Shown: in pieces, positions 62,828 to 64,000 of the stretch
How the letters are laid out: every line of letters begins with the position of its first letter
How positions within the stretch are numbered: the first letter of the stretch is position 1
Source: Octopus sinensis
Lineage: Eukaryota
Assembly: GCF_006345805.1 (NCBI RefSeq)
Contig: NC_043009.1
Span: 56,544,001-56,608,000 of the forward strand
Length of the DNA: 64,000 bases
Direction: 5' to 3'
Notes under the pieces: generated by a model
Told to the model about the DNA's origin: nothing
The model's database searches: none
Seen by the model: the letters and a program-made list of their open reading frames with translations, nothing else
Position numbers and translations under genes: made by a program

Positions 62828-64000
62828 GTATCTATAAATAGAATCTATAAATAGAATCTATAAAATAGAATCTATAAATAGAATCTATAAATAAAATCTA
62901 TAAATAGAATCTATAAATAGAATCTATAAAAAGAATCAATAAATAGAATCTATAAATAAAAAAATAAAGAAATAAATAGAATCTATAAATGGAATCAATA
63001 AATAGAATCTATAAATAAAAAATAAAAAAATATTTATTTGTTCTATTTTAAGTTTATTTGTCCTAATTTTAGATGCTGTTCTATTTTTAGTTTATTTGTT
63101 CTATTTTTAGTTGCTGTTCTTTTTAGTTTATTTGTTCTATTTTTAGTTGCTGTTCTATTTTTAGTTTATTTGTTCTATTCTTAGTTGCTGTTCTATTTTT
63201 AGTTGCTGTTCTATTTTTGGTTTATTTGTTTTATTTTTTGTTGCTGTTCTAATTTTAGTTTACTTGTAATATTTTTAGCTGCTGTTCTATTTTTAGTTTA
63301 TTTGTCCTATTTTTAGTTTATTTGTTCTATATTTAGTTTATTTTTCCTATTCTTAGTTGCTGTTCTATTTTCAGTTTATATCTTCTATTTTTAGTTTATT
63401 TGTGCTAATTTTAGTTGCTGTTCTATTTTTAGTTTATTTGTCCTTTTTTTAGTTCGTCCTATTTTTATATCTTCTATTTATTGTTTCTATTTATTGTTTC
63501 TATTTATAGCTACTATTTATAGATTCTATTTATAGATTCTATTTATAGATACTATTTATAGATTCTATTTATAGATTCTATTTATAGATTGTATTTATAG
63601 ATTCTATTTATAGATTCTATTTATTTATTTATTTATTTATTTATTCATTTATAGATTCTATTTATAGATTCTATTTATAGATACTATTTATAGATTCTAT
63701 TTATAGATTCTATTTATAGATTCTATTTATAGATTCTATTTATAGATACTATTTATTTATTTATTTATTTATTTATAGATTCTATTCATAGATACTCTTT
63801 ATTTATTTATTTATGTATTTATTAATAGATTCTATTTATAGATTCTATTTATTTATTTATTTATTTATAAATTCTATTTATAGATTCTATTTATAGATTC
63901 TATTTATTTATTTATTTGTTTATTTCTTTATTTATAGATTCTATTTATAGATTCTATTTATAGATTCTATTTATTTATTTATATATTTATTTATAAATAG
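59051..64000. repeat. 13-bp ATAGATTCTATTT satellite interspersed with (TAAA)n, in alternating orientations
   Basis: Forward 59051-59640, reversed 59641-63030, interrupted by the 17/20-mer block, forward again ~63470-63990. Confidence 0.97.

Overview
AT-rich, repeat-dense eukaryotic (metazoan) genomic DNA; the SINE, microsatellite and LINE content suggests an octopus or other coleoid cephalopod (inference). I reconstructed one complete protein-coding gene by hand on the + strand: ARMC3 (armadillo repeats plus a C-terminal EDR1-like domain), with 21 coding exons at 4579-49383, GT-AG introns, consistent phases and 873 aa. A candidate RFX X-box promoter lies near 450. The introns and flanks hold an internally deleted Gypsy LTR element, a solo LTR, TAA-targeting R4/Dong-type RT+RLE retrotransposons, RTE and CR1 fragments, tRNA-SINEs, Helitron-type and piggyBac-type non-autonomous elements, and a mariner remnant. 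Two minimal type-I hammerhead ribozymes and several long hairpins are also present. From about 54.2 kb to the end is a layered satellite domain (22-mer/9-mer, then 17-20-mer, then 13-mer) with inversions and a ~4.4 kb higher-order repeat. One satellite unit shares an exact 22-mer with the neighbouring R4/Dong ORF. Nearly all ORFs in the supplied track are microsatellite or satellite artefacts.
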